DNA from: Octopus sinensis
Taxonomy: Eukaryota
Direction of reading: 5' to 3'
NCBI RefSeq assembly: GCF_006345805.1
Contig: NC_043016.1
Location: 31,186,001-31,250,000, forward strand
Length of the DNA stretch: 64,000 nucleotides
Of this stretch, positions 36,932-50,822 are shown in pieces (the first letter of the stretch is position 1; every line of letters begins with the position of its first letter). The position numbers and the translations under genes were made by a program. The notes below the pieces were generated by a model that saw only the letters and a list, made by a program, of their open reading frames with translations, did no database searches and was not told the DNA's origin.

Positions 36932-39900
36932 CATAACCATATACTTGTTGAACAAATCGACCCCCCCCCCCGTACAAAGTTTTTAAGCTAGGTATTTATT
37001 TTATCAGTCTCTTTAGCCACACTTATATAATTTTGAAAGTGTGTGTGTAACACACATACACGAGACAATTTCTACAGCTAGATGCCCTACCTATCTTCAC
37101 TCCCTCACCTGCTTCCCTTAGAAATGAACCACATTGTTTGTATGAACTTGATGCTCATTAGCAACCATCACATGATGTCAAGATATGGGCACACACAAAC
37201 ATGCTTATACATACGTTCACCACACACACACACAGACAATGAACTTTGCTTCCATCTATCAAATCCAATCTGGTTGAACAAAGGCTATATAAGACACTTA
37301 CCCAAGGTACTGCACAGTGAGACTAAACCAAACACCACACCTGCACCTATACATAGGCATTAAACCTTATGTATGTGTCTTCTTTTATAGTTTTAGGCCA
37401 ACAAAAACCTGAAGAGAGGATTTGGTAAATAGAAACTGAAAGAAGCCCAGTGTAGGTTTCCTACCATTGTTTGATGACTATAGCTTAGTTACTTGGCAAA
37501 ATAGACCAAAAGAATAAATACCTAGCATAAAAAAATAAGTATTGGTCAACTAAAACCCTTCAAGGTGCTCCAGCATGACTAAAACAAGTAAAAAGATTCA
37601 CATACATACACATACCTAGACACACATATATCAGAAATCGATGATATATTTAGAGTTTGTTCTTGTAAAATATTTGCCTGTAAAGTTATTTTCACAATTT
37701 GTGATTAGAACAATTTTATTTAACAGTACATACCAGGTGCAGGTATTTCAAAATCTTGTGTTTGATTTACATTAGTACGACCAGGACGTGGATCAAAGGC
37801 TGGTATAAGAGCTGAAAATTGCCGTTTCAAGACAAATTCATCATCCCACATTCTTCGTTTTTCACCTCTACATTCAATATCATCTTCTTCCTGTAAAAAT
37901 AAACAGAATTAAATCAGTAAAAATCAAAATACATTCAGTTGTTTCATAAATTACATTTAGCTCAGAAAGGGATAAAGTACGAGATGACTTATATGAGAAA
38001 TCTGTTAAGTACAGTAATGCTTTGATATACAAGTTAATTTGTTCCTGGAGACCACTTGTCAAGCAAAAACTTGTAAAGCAGAGCAATAATTTCCCAAAGT
38101 ACAATGTTATAAATCATAATTTATTCCCAGAAAAATATTTTCCCTATAAAATTTATAATACTTGTAAATATATGGGAATAAAGCAACAGTAGAATGTAAA
38201 GAATATTTTATGTAAAGTAAAAAGAATGTCAAAGAACATTTATGATAAAAATTATTATTATTATAATCATTTTCTGAATCACTTGCATTCAAACTAGACT
38301 CACGCACACCATTACTTGTACATGATTGCAGATTCACAAGCATTCATAGACAGACATGTAGATTTCTTTTTTAAAAAAACAAGTCTAGAGTTGTTTGCTT
38401 AGAAGAAGCTTTTTTTGGCTTTCTATAAATTTCATGAACACACAGAAGCATTTGTTATGGTAGTAGAAACTTTTGTACTTCGTTCAAAATTTGGATCTTG
38501 TGCTTGAAAAATAAAACCCGTAAACCTGGGGTCTTGTAAAGTGAGGTATTACTGTATTTAGTAAATTGAAGAGAAACTGAAAGCTTACTCTTTTACTTGT
38601 TTCAGTCATTTGACTGTGGCCATGCTGGAGCACCACCTTTAGTCGATCGAGCAAATCGACCCCAGGTCTTCTTTGAAAGCCTAGTACTTATTCTATCAGT
38701 CTCTTTTGCCGAACCGCTATGTTACAGGGATGTAAACACACCAGCATCAGTTGTCAAGCGATGTTGGGGAGACAAACATATATATATATATACACATATG
38801 TGATGGGCTTCTTTCAGTTTCCGTCTACCAAATCCACTCGCAAGGCTTTGGCCAGCACGAGGCTATAGTAAAAGACACTTGCTCAAGGTGCCACGCAGTA
38901 GGACTGAACCCAGAACCATGTAGTTTGTAAGCAAGCTACTTACCACACAGCCACTCCTATGCCTATACAAAATATGTCGTATGATTATTAAAGTGTTTTA
39001 TGCCACTTGTCTAATAATTGTCAGTATCATGTCAAAATCTGGCTATTTTCAAGTAACTTTTATTTCATTCAGTTGAAAAGCAGCTTATTAATAAAAACCA
39101 TTTATTTATTCAGCTATATACCTCACATACAAAATGTGATTGATCTCGGTGGATAGTTAAAAAGAACTCAATATGCAGGCTCTAATAAGCATGAATGTAG
39201 CTACTCACCATCACAACATCATCAAAATCATCATCTTCATTTTCATCGTCATTTTCATCACCATCATTTTCTATATCAGGCATCAATTCATCATCAAGAT
39301 CTGCTAACAAGGCATTTGCTTGGCAGCTTTCCAAAAATTCATTATCACTTTCACTTGAAGTTGACGGTAAACTGCGAGTAAGTGCCTGGCTTAAAGTCAT
39401 GTTGGTCATTGTTTGAGCTGTTGTCAAAGTGCTAGATGTAGTGGATGGCGTACTAGTTAGGTTAGGAAAGCTTTGAGCACTTAGTAGGTTACCTAAAGCA
39501 AAAAAAAAAAAAAAAAGAATAAACAGTATAAATGAAATGTTAGAACTACATTAAAAACACTTGCTATTAGGAGAATTGAATATTAAATATCTTACACTTG
39601 ATTGTATACAAATCTGAATAGTATCTGACGAGTAAGCCACTACAAGCAGGGATTTCAGTTATCGGTCAAATGATTGAAAAAAACTTATATAAAAACTCAC
39701 GAGAAACAGCAGTAATAAATGCCAAATCAGTAACAAAAAAAAAAACAAAAAACATCCATATTCCTATTTAAAAATAAAGCTCAAATATTTTAAAATCTAC
39801 TAATGATAACATTTTCTTGAAATTTTATATTTTCTGAGTTATGCCAATCTGCACTTGTAGATTCAAAAGCATTTGCTTTAATATATAACTTTTTATAAAT

Positions 39901-42900
39901 GATAAATGAATTTCATTTTCAACAATTATGAAACCTAAATAAACTGAAAAATACAAATAATGGGTACTTACTAGGTGTGTTGGCAAAAGCAGCTAGTCGG
40001 ACTAAACCACCATTGTTGGCTGTGGAACTAGCCATGTTACTGGTTTCATTTGTAAGATTTCTTCTTACAACAACAGCAAAAGATTCCATAGAGTTAGCAC
40101 CAGGTTCCAAAGAAGTGGGAAGATTTGGAACACTTACACTCATAGGATTAGTTGGCGAGCTACGAGAATTTTGTGTTTCATGTAACTTCCTTGCCTCAGT
40201 TCGAAAGAGTCGCTTTTGCTCTCTCATTGGAACTATGTTGTGGCTTCCATCAATTCCAACTTCTGTACCTTATATAAAATATTTCAAATTTAAAAAAAGA
40301 AAAAAAAACATCACTGATGAAGCATCCAAGATTCAACCAACAGCTGATAATCATTTTCAATTTAGAAGTGCATAAGCTTAAAAGAAAAAAAGTCATGAGA
40401 ATAGTTTAATGTAATCTATAAAACTGTAAAAAAACATTTTCCCCCAAGAAATCAATTAAACATTTAATTTTTGCTTCATGTAATCTGTAATAGATTTGTG
40501 GGTGGAATTCTGCTTTAAGTACACCATTAAAACCCCTCATAACTTTTTTTTACATATTTTAGAATTTTCAGAAAATTTTTGTAAATTTGTATTCTACAAA
40601 GGAATTCACATGACTGAAATAAAAATTTTTTGATTTTTCAATTTTTTTTTGCTTTACATCAGTTTAAAGTATGGACAGTTTGAATCTTTGGGTTAAATCC
40701 CAGCAATAGATCATTAAATGTGTTTATGGGGAGAAAGTTTGAAAAACATCAATGTGGCAGACCAACAAACAAATGAAAAGGGTATCAGATGGTCATGAGA
40801 TGTGCTAAAAATAACTGCTAAATAGTCCTTAAATCAGGTACCAAAAATCTTTTGGGGAAGGTGGGGGTTGCATAATCATATGAATTCTTATCTAAAACAC
40901 AAATTTGCCAAAATTTTCTGAAAATTACCCAGATTTTTTTTTTTTAATTATGAAGTGTTCCATGGCATACTTGAATCAGAATTCCACCGATTTGTATAAA
41001 TCCATAAAATGTTGAAGATAAAAGTGAAAAATGCAACAGAAAATTAAAGCAGCTTACCCCTACGTTTTTCAACTTTAGATGTTGCTAACCCAACTACATT
41101 ATCACCACCACCTGTAGCGCCTTCAAGATAATCTGAAGGACATGGCTCCCAACGAACAACAGGAGTAGATTCTTGTGCATTGTTGCCATTTGCTGAACCT
41201 TCTTCACTAGGATCAACTGTAACCATGACAATAGCATCATTGCTTGCCAAATTCACAACACTATCAGCTAACTGTTGTGCAGCCTTTAAAGAAAAAAAAG
41301 CAAAGTATATACAAACAATTCTGTATGAAGAGAAATTTGTACATGAGTAAGCACAATAAGTCTCTTTATTAAAATTTAAAATTACAAGTTTAATATTTTA
41401 TGTGAATCAAATTTTCCCCCTTTTATATAAACTGAATACTAAAGGTGGAAAAAACATTTCAATTCTTAATTTGAAAGAAAAAACAGAATTTTTTTTTTTC
41501 AAATAAAAGTTTGCTTGTTGCATTACTGGAGACAAAAAAGTTGCATTAGATTGCCACATTCTTGGTGAAACATTTGTCAATTCTTCTTCAATAATAAGTA
41601 TGCTTTTTTTATTGCCAGAATAGAAAGATAAAAATCAAAATAAGTATCAGCCACCTCAAACAATTACATTGCTTTAGGTTGCTGCTACCTGCAACATACT
41701 TCAAATATATTGATGAACAATGCTTTGCAATCAATGACCAGTTTAATTACAATTTTATCTAAGGACAAGTTGAAAATAGTTACAAAACCAAACAGAAATA
41801 ACAGACAGTAATATCAATACATGCAAAAGTGGTCTCATATTTTAAACGTTTGATATTATTCTAAAATGTAACATTTTGCTAATATTACAATGTATTATTA
41901 CAGAATACTTTTATATTACAGGATATCAAACTTTAAAATTTTGAACCATTTAAATGTGATGATAACAGTTATTTTTATTTTGATTACAAAGTTTCAATGA
42001 ATAGAACAAAATTGTTAAATATCTTTGCTACCTGCTGCACAAGCAAACAAGCTTTATTTTTCCCTATCCATCATAGCAGTAGTCAATCAAGTTGCTAATA
42101 ACTTGTAGATAAGTGAAAGTAAGATATTCAAGTACATCAGCTTCAATTGTAATTAGTGTTCAAACTATGATATTATGGAGGCTTAATGGTTAGGGTATTG
42201 AACATATGATCATAAGATTGTGGTTTCTTGAGCAAGACACTTTATTTCACTTTGCTCCAGTCCATTCAGCTGGTAAAAATGAGTAATCCTGTTACAGACT
42301 GGCAACCTGTCCATAGAGGAATATATACACCAGAGAAAGCAGTCCCATTCTCCTTATGGAGTAATGTGGACTAACCTATGACCATATGAATTGTAAGACT
42401 CAACCCTCTTGCTGATTGATTGGCCCAAGTGATACAAGCTGAAAGGACTTTGATTGAGGCCAACCCATTGGCCTGATGAAATAAACGTTTTGAAGTGTAA
42501 TAGCTTATCAGGGATCGTCTGTCAGTCGATATAATATGGAACTATGTAGTATAAATAGTTTTACTAAAATTAGGCACTTTATTCTTTGTTTTCTGCAAGC
42601 ACCCATCAATTTCAATCTCAACAGCAAAAAAAAAAAAAAAGTCTTTTTTGGCTACACATACCAAAACGCTGTTTCAAAAGGGTTAATATGGCCCTAAATT
42701 GAATGTAATAGAAACCAACCAAGACAATTTAGCTGCTACATTTAAAACACTGAAAACCTATTAAGGCACTTGCACTAACTAGTATTTATAAATGATGAAG
42801 AAGAGCATCTACGGCAAATGATCTCATTCCATTAATTTTCTAGTAAACAGGTTTAACAACAAATCAATGTTCATCAAAAACATCCAATTACAAATTTCAA

Positions 42901-45900
42901 TGCACATTACATATGAAAGAGCTTGCATAATTGTAAGTAAATTTCATTTGAAAAACCCAAGTTACAAAATTAATAATATTTGTATTCACAAAATTGTTAT
43001 AAAGATTCTATTTCTGTCTGTTCTAAAAAAAAAAACTTACAGAATGACAAACATGCAAGAATAGGCATTTAACAACTCTGGATGCAAATAAAGAATCATT
43101 TGCAAGTTAGCTACAAAAAGTAATAAAAATTTGGTTCATTAGGTTTGATTAGAGGTTTACTTCATGATAATCAAGATGGAATTAATTTTAAAAAATGGTG
43201 CAAGTAAAATGGAAAAACTTATTGGAAATAGAAGATAATTGAAGGGAATTATTAATTTCAAACCTGCATGGGGAAATATATGAACACACATGGTAATAAT
43301 AAACAATAACATCTTTAGCATGCTTAACAGTGTTAAATCTGTAACTTTCATCTCCCAAAACTGAATTTATGTCAATTTAATATTTCTTGAACATAATTAT
43401 TCAAGAAGTTTTGCATGAATTAAATAAGTTCAATTACAGCTGAAAAATAATCATGAAATATTAAAAAAAAAGTTTAGTAATGTTTGATGTGCATGTGAGG
43501 AGAAAAAAACCCAAATAATTACAAGAGGAAAGACAGAGAGAGAGAGAGGAACTGAAATTGTTAATGAGTGAGGTTAAATCTACTTTTAAGTATTGTAAAT
43601 GTTAAATATTATAAAGAGACAATAAGAAAAATCTATTTGAAACTGAGCCAGTATGAGTTAACCAGATCTCAAAATCTATTCTTTTAACTAAGTAATTGTT
43701 GGCAGTGACATTCACAGTAAGTATGTTTTTGATGTTTTAAATAACATGTAAGATTTTGTGTGTATGTATAATATAACCAGATACTGTAATAATAATGGTT
43801 AATTAATAAAAAAAAAAAAAAAAAAAAGCTGATACTTCTGGAAAGAAAAATATTTTCTTAGTGTATTAACAAATGACACAATTGCTGCATCAGGATGCAC
43901 TTTTCAGAAATGATTAGGAAGTCCAGTACATTTTTTTCATTCAAAAGTTAACTTCAGAAATATGTAAAATAACTGATGTTTAATTATCGCTAGTCAGTCA
44001 AACTGTTATATACTAATAGCTTTCTTTAAATTGAAAACTTAATATTTATGTTTTTAAAATCTTGAGAAAATATTTTAAACTGACACTTTATTATAAAACA
44101 TTAATTCTCACAAACTTGAGGTAATTCTCTAGCTTAAATCCATTTATATTTACTTATAAACAAATATCAATTCTTAAAAATACATTTTCCCAAATGCCAA
44201 ACATTTTATTACATGAATTGTAAAAGTTCAACATAAGTTGTTTACTCTTAAAATTCTGCTCAGCAATATGAAATGTATCTTTTTTTTTTATAGCAAAAAT
44301 CTATATTACAATGCTCAAGAGATAACACTAATTCAGATAAGATGGAAGAGAAGAAATTTATATCCGTCAAATTAAGGTGTGTATCACAAATTGAAGTCAC
44401 TGATTATAAAAACCTAAAGTATTAAATTAATAAAAGTGAAATTTTGTCCATCTGGGATCCCTGTATCTCTCTACATATTATGCCTTTTTGAAATCAGGAT
44501 GATCTTGGGATTGATAATCTGTCCTCATTTGGTTCTTGGACACCCAGCATTTGGATCTGATTTAAAAGCAGTTCAGTTGTTATTTCTAGTAGGTAAAGCT
44601 TGGCTGATTCATGCCATCTTGGTTGGCATTTATCAGATGACAGAGATCAAGGGGAGATAAATGACAATTGCTTCATTAATTTTATTCTTTGGAACAAATT
44701 GGCCAACAGTTGGGATTCAATTTGGGACTGGAGCAATAGAATGATTAAAGAATTAATTTTCATCCACCCTTAACCTCTGACCAAATACTACTGGGGCATA
44801 TAGTCATTATAGATACATTATAATTACGCTATTTAGCCCGTTTTTAGCTTTGGTCCACAAGCCCAATTAGCCCTCTGCAGGAGATAACTTAAAAGTCTAC
44901 ATAGAGTGCAGCTTTTAAGTTACATATTTATAAAATCTAATTATTAAGTAGAATATCCAAGAGCCTGAATTAAAAGTTTGTCTTAATTTTTCACTGAACA
45001 TTATTTGTATTATGTATAATTTTTTGTGTCTTGTACATTGAAAACAAACATTCTTACAGGAAACAAACATTAGGCCAGAAGAAAGTAAAATATTTTTACT
45101 GGAAACTCAAAACTAGATAAACACTTTCAAATGAAAATTAAAACCTAAAACACATTTGTCCTGATGAATAAATAGTGTTTGAATTCATAGCTTATTGTGT
45201 TACAAAATTCAATTTCTTGTTAAATAAAAGTCTTAGTGCCTGCAATTTTTGAAAAGGAAATGGAATGTGTTATACAAATTATTCATCATAAAATTTGAGT
45301 AAATCATTGAGTTTTACAAATATATTTTGATATAAAAGAAAAATTAAATTTTTCATAATTTGTATATACATGCCTAATGACAAAAATTCAAGAGTATTTT
45401 CAACTGAATGAGATTGCACAGAAATTTAATCTGTATATACAAACAAGCCCTATGATAAAAATTCAAGAGCATTTTTCCAAATGAATATAATTTAAGAAAT
45501 TTAATTCATTTCTATAAAATTGCTTGGTTAAAGACCATGTTCAACACAAGATTGAATTTTTTTAACCAAATCTTCCTGAACCCTTTTAAAACCAAGGTGG
45601 CCGTAGCCAACTGAGAACTTTATTGATGAATAAAATCAACTTAATTGAAAACAAACCAAAATAACCTAGTCATATTTAAATGAGAATTTCAGTGCTTATC
45701 TCAGTAGTACAATTGTGAAAACGTGATTTTTATTGTATAAACAATTGAGTTGCACTTATTATTTTAGAGGATATCTGAGCACTGCAAAGTTTTGGATATT
45801 TCTTTTTCAAACTGGATACTAGTTTCATGTTGTCAAGCAGCGAGTTTAAATTCCAAGTATTTTTAAAAGACAGAAACATCTAAGTTAATACAGAGTATAC

Positions 45901-48900
45901 ACAAACTATGTATACTATGCGTGTGATTATGAATCGAATATTTCTATTTCCTAAAGTGAAACAATTCCAACAACAGTACACAAAAGAATTTTAAAATATG
46001 TATAACTGATTTATATTTTTTTCACCCTTACCTATTTTCATTTTTTATCTGTAAGATGTGTGGCAAATTTTGATCACTTTGTATTGTGAATATATGTATT
46101 TCTGTATATTTACATATGTGAGTTTATTTCATTTAGTTGATGAAATGTATTTCATTTCCTAATTTTCTTCAAATACAAATTCTAGTATTTCATTGTTTTA
46201 CATGGTACACGTATTTCTTTCTGCTTGAAGTTTATGTTACATTTGTCTTATGTGCATTAAGTTCAACTGATATATAATCCAGTAATTTGCACAATTCTTC
46301 CATATTAAAAATTTTGTTGTATACTCATTGAATATTAACTAATAACATTTTCCATCTTAATGTTTAAACAAAATTTAAATAATTTGATATTTTGTTGAAT
46401 TTACCTGTATTTACCTGTAATTAGTTCCACTTTGAGACAAAAATTATGAAATGGATTTTGTTAAAAATCTTTAGTTAAATTGTGTCGAAAAGTCATATTG
46501 ATATCTTGATTAATAAAAAAATTCAAGTTGTTTTATGAAACAAGTCTAAATTCACGATTATTTTAGAATTTCATTGAAACACATAGGTGTGTATTTCAGA
46601 TAGGAATATAACAACAAAAGGATTAAAAGACAAAACAATTTCTTTGTTGCAGAACAAGTTCTGGAAAATAGTAATAAGGACATAATACTAAACTGAGAAT
46701 TTTGAAAATGTTGTGAGATTAACATTTTTGAATTAGAAAAAAAAAAAAAACTTATCCATGTACACACACACACAAATGCATGCACACGCACAAACACACA
46801 GGGAAACATTTTCAAAATCTTTATGCTCACCCCCAAGTAGTTGCTGCAAGTAGGAGTGGGTGATACAGACTGATGAGTCTCCAGGGTATTGCCCCTTATG
46901 ACGTGTGATGATGGATGTGGAGATAAATGCATCATTGAATAAAAAGGATCTGGACAACCTCGTAGACCTTCTAATAACTGTAACAATAAAGAGAACAATT
47001 GGGAAATCTCAGAATATGCCTTTAAAGCTTCATTTATTTAAGAGAAAAAATTGTGGAAGATATTTCATAAAAACTGAAAAATCTTCAAAAAAATGTTTAG
47101 AGGAATATAATTTGATCCCTCTATTTTACAGAATTCTGTCTTGTTGATGATAGTCAACCTTGAAGGCCAAAAAGGTTAAATGTCTGAATAAGTAGTTTAA
47201 ATGATATCAACAACATTCTGAAGAAGAGGGAAGACTTAAAAATAAGGCTTAAACGTCTTGACAAAACCAGTACCAAAACTTGACTATTAAGAGAAGTTTA
47301 ATTTCAAATTTTTATATAAAATGTTTGTTTGCAGCAAGCAAAGACTTGATTATTTGGAAATCAAAATTATTTCGACACTGAATCTTGATGTACCAAATAA
47401 TTTAATGAACAAATATATAGATTTCAATAAATTAATAAGTTTTGTCATGATAAAAAACTAAAATTTCAAAGATGAAATTCAGATTTGTAAGAAATAGTAG
47501 TCATTCTGGTATGTATTTGACTATTCTCAACAGGAATTGGACTAAAACCGAAAGATAAATATTGCTGTACATTTAGCATAGCACTAAGTTTCTGCTATTC
47601 TAGTAACCTAATGATAAATTACTTTTCAAATTCATATTTTCCTAGATTTCATGGAAAAGAAAAAGAAAAAATAGTTTTCTTTTAAACTATTTACACTCTT
47701 GAATTTTTAAGGCTTGCTTCAAAAGCAAATTAATACAATATTAATTCTGCTTTGAATTGCACTGAGTTTTAAATTTTGACACAGCTTGAGAACCTTCCAG
47801 AAAGTTTTTATCAGCCAAATAAAGAAATGAAGCATTCAGGATTAAAAGCAGCATAGTAAATTGTCAAAATCTGTAACAGTACAATTCAAAATGTATCAAA
47901 ACTAAATACATTCATGCACAATTATTTTTTTAAAAATCTGTCAATGCATTCCTAAGTAGAAAAAGAATGGAAATCTATGCTGACAATTGAGATTTCAAAT
48001 TTTTGTTTTTTCAATTTACAACTATGTTTTTAATACTAACAAATTATGGGAAAATCAAAAAGCAATCCAAAACAAGGATTGATTTGCAAATTACATGAAA
48101 ATTTAGAATATTTTGGGGCACAAGTATGTCTTTAGCAAAATGAAAAGATGTAGTTAGTATACACAAGGAAAAAATGCTGCTAATAATTAACTGAACACAT
48201 CTGTATAAGGATTTAATATGAGATAGAAAAGTTAGGCTTTTTTTATATTAAAGAGAGAAGTTATTTGAAACTAGAAGTAGGCTATGACAAGCTACATAGG
48301 TGTGCAATACAGAGTCAGATTGAGCTGTAAAAGAGAACAGGTTGTTATGAAACATTACTAAGCAGTACACTCCACTTAAAACTGTTGCCTCTTCCAGAGG
48401 CATTTTACTTTGATTTCCACCTCTATTCAGCCACTGCATAGTTTGCAAAAGGATTTGATATTATGCATAAATTTGCAATCATTGTAGATATTCAATATGG
48501 GATTGAGAAAATAAAACCAACAATGATTATGAATACATGACCAAATATTCAAATAATGAGATGAAATAATGATACTTTGCGATGAAGCAGTGTTGTACCA
48601 AAAAAAAAAAAAAAGAGGAAAAAAAAAAGAAAACGGAGTATCCCTTTAGCATTGAAATTTTGTCAAATATATCATATATTCATATTTTAAAAAATTAATC
48701 TTGAATTATCTCACAGCTTTGAGATTTCAAAGATGTGAGTATTTTTAGAATGATATTGCAGGGTAGGTGTGAGAGGCTGGATCTGGCCAGTTTGGAGATA
48801 AAACCGGCAGAATATCTGGGCTGGATATGGCTGGTTTAACTCTTTAGAATTCAGGTTATTTTGTCAAACGTAGCTTTGAGATTTTGATGATGTGATTTTT

Positions 48901-49539
48901 TAGATTTAGAATAACATTGTAGGGTTGGTGGAGAGACTGGATCTGGCCAGATTGAAAATAAAACAGGCAGAATATTTGGGTTGGATATGGCCGGTTTAAA
49001 TGCTAAAGGGTTAAATAAAAAAACGATATAAATAAAAAGTAAAAATGAAACAAAACAAAGACAGAATGGTCATTGAGCTACAAAACCAAAGAGATAAAAC
49101 AACTGAAGCTGAAAAGGAATTCTTTTGGAATTCTCAAAAAGAATAAAAAATTAACAGATGATAGTCAGGAATATTATGAAATGTTTTATCTGAAATGATT
49201 GGCACATCAATTAGAGTAATTCTGTTCCCCCAACCATCATGGTTCTGGGTTCAGTCCCACTCTGTGGTACCTTGGGCAAGTGTCTTCTACTATAATTCTG
49301 GGCTTACCAAAGCCTTGGATGTATTTGGTAGATGGAAACTAAAAGAAACTTGTCACTTCTACACGTATATGTATATAGGCACAGGAGTGGCTGCGTGGTA
49401 AGTAGCTTGCTAACCAACCAGATGGTTCCGGGTTCAGTCCCACTGTGTGGCACCTTGGGCAAGTGTCTTCTACTATAGCCTCGGGTCGACCAAAGCCTTG
49501 TGAGTGGATTTGGTAGACGGAAACTGAAAGAAGCCCATC

Positions 49540-49580
<41 letters not shown>

Positions 49581-50785
49581 TGTGTGTGTGTTTGTCCCCC
49601 TAGCATTGCTTGACAACCGATGCTGGTGTGTTTATGTCCCCGTTACTTAGCGGTTTCGGCAAAACAGACCGATAGAATAAGTACTGGGCTTACAAAAGAA
49701 TAAGTCCCGGGGTCGAGTTGCTCGATTAAAAAGGCGGTGCTCCAGCAGGGCCACAGTCAAATGACTGAAACAAGTAAAAGAGTAAAAAGAGTATATGTTG
49801 TCCGTGTCTCCCCCCCCCCATACTGCTTGGCAGCTGGTGTTGGTTTGTTTACATCTCTGTAACTGAGCAATTAAACTAAATACCAGGCTTTGGGAAAACA
49901 AGTACTGAGGTTGATTAAACCTGTCAAGTGGTGTACTCCAATGACTGAAACAGGTAAATGATAGAACTATTGCAAAGTAAATAGATTTATAATGGATGAA
50001 ATACAGTTTGAATTGTACCAAGACATATGAGATACCATTTGACATCAAAGTTAATTGTAGAAACATCTGTTACCCCACCACAAGGGAAAACAGGGACCCA
50101 TATTTTGTATGTACTGTAATTTAATGGACAGGAATAACCAACAGAGAAATAGTTAAATTTGCTCTGTTTATATATGTACGACATGTAATCTATGTCATAC
50201 CCTAATACTGTGTGGACTGAGATCCTTGTAGACAGCCTGCAGATATTACTGTTTAATATTTGAAGTATGCAAATTAATTGCTGCAGTTCTGAAGCCAGAG
50301 GATGCATTGAGTATATAAAGAGACTGGCTGATTATTTCTCAGGGGTTAGTCAAATGATATCAACACCTCTGATAAGACCCCAATAAAGTTCAAAAATTAA
50401 TGAAGGCTGTTCATTTTTTCCAATCTACAGAGAGATAGTTATATAATTTGTCCTACTTATATATCTACAGAATAGGTTACATGTAAGATGGCATCAAGTT
50501 TACACAAACTTACGACATAGTAAAGATTACTATGTTGGTCTTAAATCTATAATCTAACATACTAGTTTTTAAAGTCTGCAATGAAATTTACAGCAGAAAT
50601 GATTTTGAGCATTTCCACAAAATAATGGGCTTTTCAGAGTAGGATAATGTTGAAACTTGATAGGAATCATTTTTATTTATGAAGCCAAAGACAATATTCA
50701 AACATAGTAAGGACCATCACAAAACCAGTAAATGAATTTGGTATATGTATGTATATATATATATATATACATAAATAAAAAAATA

Positions 50786-50822
<37 letters not shown>

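Noticed and set aside
44436-44740. GC-richer island with a plus-strand 74-aa ORF and a small hairpin at about 44695-44734
   Set aside because: Stops appear soon after candidate acceptors on both strands, and the hairpin is short enough to be chance.
48248-48448. 66-aa minus-strand ORF as a further HECTD1 cassette exon
   Set aside because: The acceptor is plausible but only weak in-phase donors exist and there is no homology.
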